Shown: piece after piece, positions 38,884 to 47,697 of the stretch
Position numbering within the stretch: position 1 is the stretch's first letter
Layout: the number at the start of each line of letters is the position of its first letter
DNA from: an uncultured bacterium
Lineage (GTDB): Bacteria > Patescibacteriota > Minisyncoccia > Phycocordibacterales > GWA1-40-21
NCBI GenBank assembly: GCA_963716205.1
Contig: OY970290.1
Coordinates: forward strand, 520,322 to 584,321
Direction: 5' to 3'
DNA: 64,000 bases
Notes under the pieces: generated by a model
Told to the model about the DNA's origin: nothing
The model's database searches: none
Seen by the model: only the letters and a program-made list of their open reading frames with translations
Position numbers and translations under genes: made by a program

Positions 38884-39744
38884 ATGAAATTTTTCAAAAC
38901 TATTCTTTTGTTTCTGACTGCAATGCTTTTTATTCCTCAAGCGGCTCTGGCGCAAACAGTGCCGGCACTGCATATTGCCCCGCAAGCCATTTCCCAAGGT
39001 GATCCGGCCATGATTACCGTTTCCGGCACGACAAGCCTGCCCTTCAAAAGCGTGCCGTCTCTGTATTTTTTTCTCTACAAAAATATTCCAACGGCTTTCT
39101 ACGGAATCGATCTCAATCAAAAAACCGGTACAACGACGATCACGGTAACTTTCAAAAACGGATTATTGCTTACTTCTTCGTTTTTTATCGCCCCCCGATT
39201 GCAGCCGCAAGAACCTCTTCCGATACCGGCGCAAATGGGCGGCAATAGCGCGGCAAACCAAACAAAAGTTATATCGAATCTGGAAAAAGATAATGCAAAT
39301 ATCGCGCTTACCTATTCGCGCATGGACAAAGCTTTGTGGACAAGCGCCTTTGCATTTCCCGTTTCTCCTCCGATTATCGTCACCGATCCGTACGGCTATG
39401 GTCGGAACAGCGGCGATTACACAATCACACACAAAGGCGTTGACTTTCGCGCTCCGCCTGGTACGCCAATCTATGCGATCAATCGTGGTGTCGTTCGCGT
39501 GGCGAAAAATTATATTACCTACGGCAATACGGTCATTGTTGATCATGGACTCGGTCTTCTTTCAATGTATATGCATCTGTCACAAATCGATGTTACTGTC
39601 GGCGAGCTTGTGCAAAAAGGAGAGTTCATCGGACTTTCCGGCGAGACTGGATATTCCGAGGGTCCGCATTTGCATCTGACCGTGCGCATCAATGGAATAT
39701 CGATAGATCCGCTTGCATTCTTTGCACTTTTCGGAATCAAATAA
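38884..39744 (+). CDS. M23 family metallopeptidase (LytM domain), secreted
   Basis: Signal peptide. HKGVDFRAPPGTPIYAI ... GETGYSEGPHLHLTV (HxxxD and HxH motifs). Confidence 0.85.
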   Translation: MKFFKTILLFLTAMLFIPQAALAQTVPALHIAPQAISQGDPAMITVSGTTSLPFKSVPSLYFFLYKNIPTAFYGIDLNQKTGTTTITVTFKNGLLLTSSFFIAPRLQPQEPLPIPAQMGGNSAANQTKVISNLEKDNANIALTYSRMDKALWTSAFAFPVSPPIIVTDPYGYGRNSGDYTITHKGVDFRAPPGTPIYAINRGVVRVAKNYITYGNTVIVDHGLGLLSMYMHLSQIDVTVGELVQKGEFIGLSGETGYSEGPHLHLTVRINGISIDPLAFFALFGIK

Positions 39745-39761
39745 AAATATTCAGTTTATTT

Positions 39762-40125
39762 TTATAACTCTCGGAAAAATATCGCCAGTACAATCAAAAG
39801 AAGAACAAAATATAAAATATAGCTTGCTTGAGAATTTTTTTGCGCAGTACTCGTCGCCGTTATCATCGTTCCAACGTTAGTATTTACAATTTTTGTCGAA
39901 GTCGATGTAGTTGAAACAATCGGCAAATTTGGCGGGAGTCCGCCGCTTATTGTCGGAGTTTTTGTTTGAATAAATGATGAAGGTATCGGAGTATTTATCG
40001 CAACACTGTTTTTTTGAACCGATGGTGACGGAGTTTGATTTGAAAAAAGAGCTGCTTCAGGACTTGCAAAAAAAGATGCCTCCGCCGCCCGTAAAACTGA
40101 CGGCGCTGACTTGATTGGGTCGCCA
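39762..40125 (-). other. Open +1-frame continuation of the WINF-repeat gene: Ser/Thr/Pro-rich stalk plus C-terminal hydrophobic anchor, with no start codon of its own
   Basis: A 120-codon frame with no in-frame stop, ending TAA at 39764..39762. It encodes ...SNQTPSPSVQKNSVAINTPIPSS...STTSTSTKIV...ILYFVLLLIVLAIFFREL. It joins the upstream ORF in-frame if the T7 tract (A7 on plus strand, 40068..40074) were T6. Confidence 0.5.
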
Positions 40126-40524
40126 ATCCGTCACCACATTGCAATACGCGCAATCAAACGTGATCGTTCCGGCGAGTGCGCCATTCGCGGTGCCGGAAAA
40201 TTTACCGGTCGCAGGATTTATGGTAACTCCCGAAAAATTAATCCATCCCAAATTTTCACCCCATGCAAATCCGGACAAATTTCCTTCTCCGTCATTGATA
40301 ACACCTCCTTCAGCCGGAGCAAAATTGATCCATCCGGCATTTGCCGACCATGCGTATCCGGAGAGACTATTGCTATTGACAATAACATTTTCAAAATTGA
40401 TATATCCAACATTATTGCTCCATGCATATTCATACGGATCGGAAATTGTTCCTGCTGCAGCAAACGAAATAAAAAGAAAAAAACTTAAAGAACAAATAGA
40501 GATGATAAGCTGTTTTTTAATCAT
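40057..40524 (-). CDS. Secreted WINF-repeat protein whose frame breaks at a T7 tract (see the entry at 39762..40125)
   Basis: Signal peptide. Three ~27-aa repeats (YAWSNNVGYINF, YAWSANAGWINF, FAWGENLGWINF). The stop TGA lies 2 codons after a TTTTTTT run. Confidence 0.6.
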   Translation of the reverse strand: MIKKQLIISICSLSFFLFISFAAAGTISDPYEYAWSNNVGYINFENVIVNSNSLSGYAWSANAGWINFAPAEGGVINDGEGNLSGFAWGENLGWINFSGVTINPATGKFSGTANGALAGTITFDCAYCNVVTDWRPNQVSAVSFTGGGGIFFCKS

Positions 40525-40530
40525 AAAATA

Positions 40531-40905
40531 TTATTGAGTATTGGTCGTCGATGTCGAAATTGGTGCAACATTGATGAGTTTATTGATTGATGGACGATAC
40601 AAGATTGCTTTCATTGAAGTTGTGTAAGCAAACAACACATCTCCATTTTCGGCATCGGCAAAAAACGGCTGATTTTTCAGTTTGCTCGTATCGGAAATGA
40701 CAGCAATGCTCGGTGTTTCATTTGCCGGAAGTTGAATCAGTTTTCCGAGATCAGCAATGAGTTCATTTTCCTCCTTTTGCGCTTTCGCATTTGCATTCAC
40801 CGTCAATGATTCATATTTATGATAAAAATAAAAAGAACCGCATGTGCCTACAACGGCGATACCGGCGAGAATGATGATGAAAAGTTTTTTTGATTTGGAT
40901 TTCAT
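40531..40905 (-). CDS. Small membrane-anchored hypothetical protein
   Basis: N-terminal TM (LFIIILAGIAVVGTCGSF), 124 aa. Immediately downstream of the giant surface-protein gene on the same strand. Confidence 0.45.
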   Translation of the reverse strand: MKSKSKKLFIIILAGIAVVGTCGSFYFYHKYESLTVNANAKAQKEENELIADLGKLIQLPANETPSIAVISDTSKLKNQPFFADAENGDVLFAYTTSMKAILYRPSINKLINVAPISTSTTNTQ

Positions 40906-40915
40906 AATTTATAAT

Positions 40916-43900
40916 TTACGGCGTTGTTGTAGCATCTGTTTGTGACAGGTCTGATGTTGTCGCCATGTCCGCATCGCTGCTTGCATCTTGGTCATCCGTT
41001 GATGATGCATCGCTTACGACCGTCTGATCGTCTGTTGAAGTCGCTGTTTGATCGTCAACTGATGAGGAATCCGTGCTTGATGCCGAATCATCCGTCGAAG
41101 TTGCCGTTATATCCGATGGATCGGAAGAGCTTGCTTCAGTTGTGGTTGCAATTTGCGTCGAATCTCCTGCCGAAGAAGGTGTCTGTATTTCAGTTGGAGC
41201 GAGAGAAGAACTTACATTACTATTGTCCATAATCGCTTGGAGCTGATCGCCGGTCAAACATACTTCAGTTCCGTCTGATTTGGCAACACAAATCTGATTT
41301 GTATAAATTTGTTTCGCAAATATTTCGTCAAAATATCCCCTGATTGCCGTTACTCGAGCTGAAATAAAATTAACAAGAAATTCGGTACTTGAAGCTATTT
41401 CCTGACCGATCACCACATCGGGATCTTGAGCTGTTTCGGATTGAATCGTTGATATGAGCGTGGAAAGACCGTTGTCAGTGCTTGAAGCAGATGGAGAAAT
41501 ATCACCGAGAAGTGCCGATTGTTCTTGAATCGCCTTTATAATTACGGGCGTGATCTGACTATAATCAAGCGCGTATGGCAAACCCTGATCATCGAGAACG
41601 ACTGCTTCCGGAATAAGCGGATAAACTTCTTCCGCAATCAAACCGTTTTGAAGCGCGGTTGTGCCGCTATCATAATAATAATTCACCGGTCGCAAAGCAT
41701 CAATCGTTTCCAGACCCATGGTCAAATCTGTTATGTCATTTTTGAAACGCTCGGATGAAGTATTGCATGCATTTTGCGCAGCACCCTTTACAACTCTATT
41801 GCCAGCCGTAATACATAAAACCGTATTGCCATTGCTTTGAGGACCAGGGTTGCTAAAATCCAATGTTCCCGCTCCAAGCGTCAGTGTGTCCAAAGATGAA
41901 CCGATACCGATAGTATCGGCCGTCGTATTATTCGTCCCAATATTGATTGCATCGCCGGCAGTGCCTGTGCCGATATTTATCGTCTTTGCATTATTTCCCG
42001 TTCCAAGATTCACCGTTCCCGTTGTTCCCGAATCAAGCGTGACGGAACCTGTTGTGCCGGAGGTTATTGAAACATTGCCAGTCGTTCCGGTGAGAAGCGT
42101 CAATCCGCCGGTACCAGAATCCAATGCCAAACTTGTCGCGCCGGTCGTATTTCCCAGAGTAATCGTCTTTGCAATATTGATACCGATATTCATTGCCCCC
42201 GTGCCAGAATCAAGAGTCAGCGCGGAAGCGCCGTTTGTCGAACCGATAACAATCGTCTGCGTAGCTGCCCCATTTCCAATATCAATCGTTCTCGCTTGAG
42301 CGCCAGTGCCAATAGCAATATTTCCCGTACCGGAATCAACCGTAACAGTTGATGTGCCTGTTTGATTTCCGATATTTATTGTTTTTGCCGAAGCGCCGGT
42401 GCCAAGATTGAGTGTTTGAAGTCCTGCAGTTGCAACACCGGAAAGAATATTAACGGTTGAATTCGCGGCGGAGGCGCCAGCTGCAATATTCAAAACTTGA
42501 GCGGAAGTATTTGCGCCATTTCCTACTGAAATAGTATTACCAGCTGTTCCATTTCCAATATTTATTGTTTTAATGCCAGTGCTGCCTCCGCCGAAATTTA
42601 AAATCTGCGCACCAGTCGAGCCACCAACATTGATGGTGCCTGTCATTGCGCCGTTTGAATTGCCGATATCAATCGTGCCGGTCGTCAATGCACCGCCGAT
42701 TGCAATAGATCCGCCGACTTGTGCATTGCCGATTCCGATAACGTTTGCACCGGTGCCGCCAATATTTATTGTTTCGACAGATGCAGCCGCATTGCCAAGA
42801 TTGATCGTTCTCGCAACGGCGTTTGTGCCGATTTCAATATTCCCCGTACCGGCATTTAAAACAAGTGATGTCGCTCCCGTCCCATTTCCAATAGTAATAG
42901 TTTTTGCATTTGTGCTTGTTCCAATGTCTATGTTCCCGGTAGTTCCAGAATCAAGATCCAAATTCCCTGTCGTTCCAGAAACCACCAAAAGAGATGCTGC
43001 AGCAGCAGATGTAAGTGAAAGCGTATTATTTGAAGTAAGTAATGTTGCTCCTGTTCCGGTAAATGTGGCGGATGTGGTTGCAATAGTAAAACGATTGGCG
43101 CCAGCGGTAATAAATGAAAGCGGATTTGCATCGGTCGTACCGAGCGTTGCGGGAGCCCCGAAAGCGTTGCCTGATTGTTCGAAAGCATACGAACTTATAT
43201 TTTGCTGATTGGCGGGCAAAGAAGCTACATGCCATGTTGATGATTGAGTGTTGTAAATAAACTCCGCGATATTATCCGTTGTCAAAATAATACTGCTCCC
43301 TGTCGGAGTTTCAACGCGATTTGCCGCAGTGGATGAACTATCCGTATCGGTAATGGTCAGAGTAAAATTGCTGTCATTCAAAAGATAAAATACCTTGCCG
43401 TCAATGCCTCCGGAAAAACCGGTGAAAGTTGCCGGGCCGTTTCCGTTATAAATAAACCATGAACCCGTTCCCAAATTTACATTATTTTGAGATCCCGTTG
43501 TCATATAGTCAGCTCCTTCCGGAATAAGAAAATTACCCGATATGGAAATATTAGTTGTTGAAGCGCTGCCCAATGTTGTTTGCCCAGATACCGTGAACGT
43601 ATTGGAACCCAAATTTACATTTGCATTTGCTCCAGTATACGGAACATAAAGTGAACTTGATGCAAACGGAATATACGCAAGTGAAGTCGAAGCTGAAAGT
43701 GGAAGATATGCTGCTGCGGCTGATGTGGTTGAAAGATATCCAAGCAAAGTAGTGGTAAAGGTTGAAGTAGAGACGTAATTCGTAAGAGTGGATGTAGTTG
43801 CCGTGACATATCCTGCCGGATTGGTGTTGAGATAATACAAAGTTGAGGAGGCAAATGGAATGTACGCCAATGATGTCGAAGCTGAGAGCGGAAGAAATGT

Positions 43901-46567
43901 ATTATTTACATACGTGGTCGAAGCGTATGTCGATGATGCATATGCCGATGTAATGTAATTAGAAAGTAAATTAGCAGTCGATGTCGCGATGACATTACCC
44001 TTTGTATCGACTGCGAGAAATGAATTTGCAAGATTTGAAATATTTAATGCTTGGGTCGTCGAGGTACCGATGATAGAAAGTGCGGTTGCCGGAGTCGTCG
44101 TGCCGATGCCTATTTTTCCGGCAGTATCAATATTGAACACTCCTGTTTGATTCCAATCCGAGGTCAAAGGACCGAGCGAAACTTGCGTTCCAAATGTCGT
44201 AAGACCGCTCATAAAAGTAAAATTGGCGGAGGCTGAAAGCTGAACCCACTCGGACAAAGAAGAAGAATAGGTGAAAGATACATCGTGATAAAAAGCGTTT
44301 GTATTGCTTACAAATACCGCGTAATTATTTACGGGAGCTGCAAATGTATAGGTAAAAGCTCCCGCTGAACCTCCGGTAATTTCAACGATGTAATTCTTTT
44401 TTCCCGTCATTGAGCCGGATGGTGTTGATGTTGATGAAAAATCAATACCCATATAATCGCCGATAGCCAAAGATTTGATCTTCACCCAAGAAGGGCTTTG
44501 GTATTGGACCAGATCTCCCGCGGCAAAGCTTGACCATGCGCCGGTATTGCCTCCGGTATTTATTATGTAGGCATCATCATTATTTGGTGAAGCAATCGGA
44601 GCACTCGCATCACCGATTACATTTATGACTTGCACCGGATTCTGCCAGATTAATCCGGTGGCAACATTATCCACGTATGTTTTTACGGCATTCTGCGTCG
44701 GATACAAAATATCCGAAGTTCCAAGCGTAGTACTTGTGGATTTATCGCTTAAAACTTCAAAGGTAGATGATGCGTATGTATAAGGAACATAATTATTTGT
44801 CAGTGTTGAAGTGGAAACATAGTTTGAAGCAGCCTGAGCAAGCGAAAGAAATGTTGATGAGGCATAGGTAAATGTCGGAAAAGTATTATTCACATATGTT
44901 GTTGAAGCATACGTCGAGGAAGCGTATGCGAATGTGACGTAATTGGAAAGTAAATTTGCGGTCGATGTCGCGATGACATTGCCACTTGCATCAACAGCGA
45001 GGAAATTGTTGACAAGACCGTTGCCGAGGGAAAGCCGGCTGATTGATGTGGTGGCAAGGGTTGAGATGCCAGAAACATTAAGTGCCCCGAGCGTGCCGAG
45101 CGATGTGAGAGATGAATTCAAAATTCCGGATCCCAATGTATTTGAGGTTAATACATCATTACCGGTAATTTGATATTTTGTTTGAGTATTGACGATGCCA
45201 TTTGTGGTAGTTGAAAGACCGTCGACTGAAATAGCGTTGGCTGCCGTGAGATTTGTTGCGGAAACATTGCCGAGCGTTACAAGCCCGACAAGATTTATTC
45301 CTCCTGTTCCTGAATTAATATTTATTGCCGTCCCTCCCGTCCCATTGCCTATCGTAATCGTCTTTGCATTCGTGCTTGAACCGATAGAAATATTTCCTGT
45401 TGTTCCGGAATCAAGATTGAGATTTCCCGTAGTGCCGGAAGTTATATCAAGATCGGATGCAGCAGCAGATGTAAGTGAAAGCGTATTATTTGAAGTAAGT
45501 AATGTTGCTCCTGTTCCGGTAAATGTGGCGGATGTGGTTGCAATAGTAAAACGATTGGCGCCAGCGGTAATAAATGAAAGCGGATTTGCATCGGTCGTAC
45601 CGAGCGTTGCGGGAGCCCCGAAAGCATTGCCACCCTGTTCATAAGCGTATCCTGCTATAGTTACGGCAGTTGCCGTTAATTCCGTTACTTGCCATTTGGC
45701 GGCAGGTCCGTCATATTGAAAATCAATGGAAACATTCGGAGGGACCGTCAGCGTGCCGCCAGTTGAAGTAATAATACGATCTGCAGCGACTGAATTGGCA
45801 TCCTGATCAGTAAAAAATATATTTGAAGTGGAATGATTTGAAACTCGTTTTTGTTCTCCATCAACTCCAGCCGCCATGCCGGTGAATGTTGCCGGGGCCG
45901 ATCCCGCATAATCAGTAACGGAACCGTATCCGAAATATACATTATTTTGCGTTCCCGTCGTGACATAATCCGGAGTTTTAGTGGTAACAAACGGTCCCGG
46001 AAGCGTGCTCGTGCCTGCCACAGTAAGATTGCCGCTCGCGGAAATATCGCCGGTATTATCAAAATTGATATCGCCGAGAGTTCCGTGAAAATCAAGTGAA
46101 TTTCCGTTGAAAGAAAGTGTTCTGTTTCCGGAAAGCGTCAGATCCGAATTGCCGATGTCCGGACTTGAACCGGTATTCCACACCGGAGTTCCGCTCGCAG
46201 AGACTGTCAGCACCTGACCGCTTGTTCCGATTCCGAGATTTGCAAGCGTTCCCGGACTGAGAGCATAAAGAATATCTCCGGGATTATACAATGAAAGACC
46301 GGTACCTCCTTCAGAAGGCGCAAGCGCGGTTGTAAGTCCGGAGAGAGATGTTATATCAGAATTCGCACCCGATGCCGCCCCTGTCGATGTGGCAATACCG
46401 CATGTTGACAAGCTATCAGTCGGGGGGCAATCCGGCTCAAGCGTCACGCCGGGCGCATAAAGCGTTGCGTAGACATTTTGTGCAAAAAGAAAAAGAGATG
46501 CAATGACAAAACAGAAGATAAATATCTTTTTATGTTCTTTTTTGAAGCTGTCTCGTAAATTGCTCAT
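40916..46567 (-). CDS. Giant (1883 aa) secreted tail-fibre-like surface protein with a C-terminal S74-type intramolecular chaperone (autoproteolytic) domain and an acidic Ser/Thr/Asp tail
   Basis: Signal peptide. Long Gly/Thr/Ser/Asn-rich beta-repeat region with an internally duplicated ~70-aa block. C-terminal block ...NTSSERFKNDITDLTMGLETIDALRPVNYYYD...GLIAEEV matches the S74 intramolecular-chaperone fold of phage tail spikes/endosialidases. Confidence 0.8.
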   Translation of the reverse strand: MSNLRDSFKKEHKKIFIFCFVIASLFLFAQNVYATLYAPGVTLEPDCPPTDSLSTCGIATSTGAASGANSDITSLSGLTTALAPSEGGTGLSLYNPGDILYALSPGTLANLGIGTSGQVLTVSASGTPVWNTGSSPDIGNSDLTLSGNRTLSFNGNSLDFHGTLGDINFDNTGDISASGNLTVAGTSTLPGPFVTTKTPDYVTTGTQNNVYFGYGSVTDYAGSAPATFTGMAAGVDGEQKRVSNHSTSNIFFTDQDANSVAADRIITSTGGTLTVPPNVSIDFQYDGPAAKWQVTELTATAVTIAGYAYEQGGNAFGAPATLGTTDANPLSFITAGANRFTIATTSATFTGTGATLLTSNNTLSLTSAAASDLDITSGTTGNLNLDSGTTGNISIGSSTNAKTITIGNGTGGTAININSGTGGINLVGLVTLGNVSATNLTAANAISVDGLSTTTNGIVNTQTKYQITGNDVLTSNTLGSGILNSSLTSLGTLGALNVSGISTLATTSISRLSLGNGLVNNFLAVDASGNVIATSTANLLSNYVTFAYASSTYASTTYVNNTFPTFTYASSTFLSLAQAASNYVSTSTLTNNYVPYTYASSTFEVLSDKSTSTTLGTSDILYPTQNAVKTYVDNVATGLIWQNPVQVINVIGDASAPIASPNNDDAYIINTGGNTGAWSSFAAGDLVQYQSPSWVKIKSLAIGDYMGIDFSSTSTPSGSMTGKKNYIVEITGGSAGAFTYTFAAPVNNYAVFVSNTNAFYHDVSFTYSSSLSEWVQLSASANFTFMSGLTTFGTQVSLGPLTSDWNQTGVFNIDTAGKIGIGTTTPATALSIIGTSTTQALNISNLANSFLAVDTKGNVIATSTANLLSNYITSAYASSTYASTTYVNNTFLPLSASTSLAYIPFASSTLYYLNTNPAGYVTATTSTLTNYVSTSTFTTTLLGYLSTTSAAAAYLPLSASTSLAYIPFASSSLYVPYTGANANVNLGSNTFTVSGQTTLGSASTTNISISGNFLIPEGADYMTTGSQNNVNLGTGSWFIYNGNGPATFTGFSGGIDGKVFYLLNDSNFTLTITDTDSSSTAANRVETPTGSSIILTTDNIAEFIYNTQSSTWHVASLPANQQNISSYAFEQSGNAFGAPATLGTTDANPLSFITAGANRFTIATTSATFTGTGATLLTSNNTLSLTSAAAASLLVVSGTTGNLDLDSGTTGNIDIGTSTNAKTITIGNGTGATSLVLNAGTGNIEIGTNAVARTINLGNAAASVETINIGGTGANVIGIGNAQVGGSIAIGGALTTGTIDIGNSNGAMTGTINVGGSTGAQILNFGGGSTGIKTINIGNGTAGNTISVGNGANTSAQVLNIAAGASAANSTVNILSGVATAGLQTLNLGTGASAKTINIGNQTGTSTVTVDSGTGNIAIGTGAQARTIDIGNGAATQTIVIGSTNGASALTLDSGTGAMNIGINIAKTITLGNTTGATSLALDSGTGGLTLLTGTTGNVSITSGTTGSVTLDSGTTGTVNLGTGNNAKTINIGTGTAGDAINIGTNNTTADTIGIGSSLDTLTLGAGTLDFSNPGPQSNGNTVLCITAGNRVVKGAAQNACNTSSERFKNDITDLTMGLETIDALRPVNYYYDSGTTALQNGLIAEEVYPLIPEAVVLDDQGLPYALDYSQITPVIIKAIQEQSALLGDISPSASSTDNGLSTLISTIQSETAQDPDVVIGQEIASSTEFLVNFISARVTAIRGYFDEIFAKQIYTNQICVAKSDGTEVCLTGDQLQAIMDNSNVSSSLAPTEIQTPSSAGDSTQIATTTEASSSDPSDITATSTDDSASSTDSSSVDDQTATSTDDQTVVSDASSTDDQDASSDADMATTSDLSQTDATTTP
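42999..43160. repeat. Intragenic direct repeat, copy A (~160 bp, one mismatch versus copy B at 45459..45620)
   Basis: Direct comparison of the sequence. Flanks are diverged but homologous, so this is a duplicated domain unit. Confidence 0.85.
45459..45620. repeat. Intragenic direct repeat, copy B
   Basis: Identical to 42999..43160 except one G/A difference near the 3' end. Confidence 0.85.
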
Positions 46568-46630
46568 GAAATAAATTTGATTAAATGAACAAATTTTCGG
46601 GCTTCATGAGCCTCCGTATCTTATTTGCAG

Positions 46631-47101
46631 TTATAACTTTTTTTCTAGAATGACTTCCACGCCGATATAAAACATGACTTCGCCGTGGACATTAAGAATG
46701 GGTGATATGGAAAAATCAACCTCATATAATTCGCCATTCTTTCTTTTGTTCGTCACCTGGGTCTTGAATGTCTTGTTGCCGTCTTTTATTTCTTTCCACA
46801 TTTCATTATAAAATTCCTGAGACATTTGTTTTCCCCACATTTCCGACGGCTTCTTGCCGATAGCCTCATGAAGATTGTATCCTGTTGCATCTTCCGCCGC
46901 TTTATTGATAAATAAAATCTTTCCTGACGGATCGGTAATGATCACTTGCTCAACCATTTCCTCAAATGCAATATTGAGTGTGCCGCACCGAAGACATTTT
47001 ATTTCAAAACGTCCACGCAGCAAATTCTTTGCGATAAGCTTACCGCATTTTACACAACGAAGCTCCTTTTCTTTCTTATTTTTTTCTAAATTATCACTCA
47101 T
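46631..47101 (-). CDS. Zinc-ribbon (Com-like CxxC...CxxC) plus PAS domain protein
   Basis: Start placed at ATG 47101. CVKCGK...CLRCGT zinc ribbon, then a PAS fold (ITDPSGKILFINKAAEDATGYNLHEAIGK...). Confidence 0.6.
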   Translation of the reverse strand: MSDNLEKNKKEKELRCVKCGKLIAKNLLRGRFEIKCLRCGTLNIAFEEMVEQVIITDPSGKILFINKAAEDATGYNLHEAIGKKPSEMWGKQMSQEFYNEMWKEIKDGNKTFKTQVTNKRKNGELYEVDFSISPILNVHGEVMFYIGVEVILEKKL

Positions 47102-47271
47102 AATATTAATATTACTGCCATTACATAAACTTACTTTTATGAGCTTCAAGGAGCTTCGGAACTTCCAACTATCTATTATTATAACATACATAATGAATAC
47201 TCCATACTCTATTGTGGATATGTCAACATTCAACTCTCTGTATAGGATAGGTCTTTCGATAAAAAACTAAA

Positions 47272-47306
47272 CTGCTGACCGTTTGGGATGATATCCGAAC
47301 GGTTTT
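47272..47306. repeat. 35-bp conserved element, copy 1: imperfect hairpin CCGTTTGG-GATGATAT-CCGAACGG followed by TTTT
   Basis: 32/35 identical to 47641..47674. Lies downstream of the minus-strand gene ending at 47373. Confidence 0.6.
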
Positions 47307-47372
47307 ACAAAAATTGAAATAAAAGAAAAGACCTCCTGATTATGAATCATTCGGTCTTTGTTTTGTGTTGAA

Positions 47373-47606
47373 TTACAGGTCTTGAACCATGATGCCTGTT
47401 CCACTTAATTCAACGGCATCAACTTTCACTTCCTCCCCCTTTTTATTGTTGAAAGTGAATTCTCCTCCCATAACCTCAGTATTAACTTCGGCTATCACCG
47501 TTGGACCGATGTTGTATGTTTCCTGTATCTTTTTGGGAATTTTGGTCAGCTTCGCACGCTGAGACATTTTTCCAACTCCTTGATTTTGATTGTGCAACAA
47601 ATTCAA
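47373..47606 (-). CDS. Small hypothetical protein (64 to 77 aa)
   Basis: ORF only. An internal ATG gives MSQRAKLTKIPKK.... No recognisable motif. Confidence 0.35.
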   Translation of the reverse strand: MNLLHNQNQGVGKMSQRAKLTKIPKKIQETYNIGPTVIAEVNTEVMGGEFTFNNKKGEEVKVDAVELSGTGIMVQDL

Positions 47607-47640
47607 TAGTGATTATATAAGATAAAATTTATTTGTCAAA

Positions 47641-47674
47641 TGCTGATCGTCTGGGATGATATCCGAACGGTTTT
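47641..47674. repeat. 35-bp conserved element, copy 2
   Basis: ATGCTGATCGTCTGGGATGATATCCGAACGGTTTT, 24 nt downstream of the gene ending at 47698. Confidence 0.6.
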
Positions 47675-47697
47675 GATTAAAAATATAGAGGAATAAT

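Noticed and set aside
38818-39120. 100-aa minus-strand ORF
   Set aside because: It overlaps the start of the well-supported M23 peptidase gene on the opposite strand. Its Cys/Arg-rich low-complexity product is an antisense artefact.
40057-40059. Possibility that TGA is recoded (alternative genetic code, as in some CPR lineages)
   Set aside because: A bona fide RF2 (SPF motif) is encoded at 60222..61094, and TGA terminates several well-supported genes at sensible positions. The frame break at 40057 is better explained by the adjacent T7 tract.
41519-46099. Many plus-strand ORFs (Pro/Val-rich, 60 to 211 aa) inside the giant surface-protein gene
   Set aside because: They are antisense translations of Gly/Thr/Ser-rich repeat codons. 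The minus-strand 1883-aa frame has the signal peptide and recognisable domains.
46875-47270. 131-aa plus-strand ORF
   Set aside because: Antisense to the zinc-ribbon/PAS gene. No motif.
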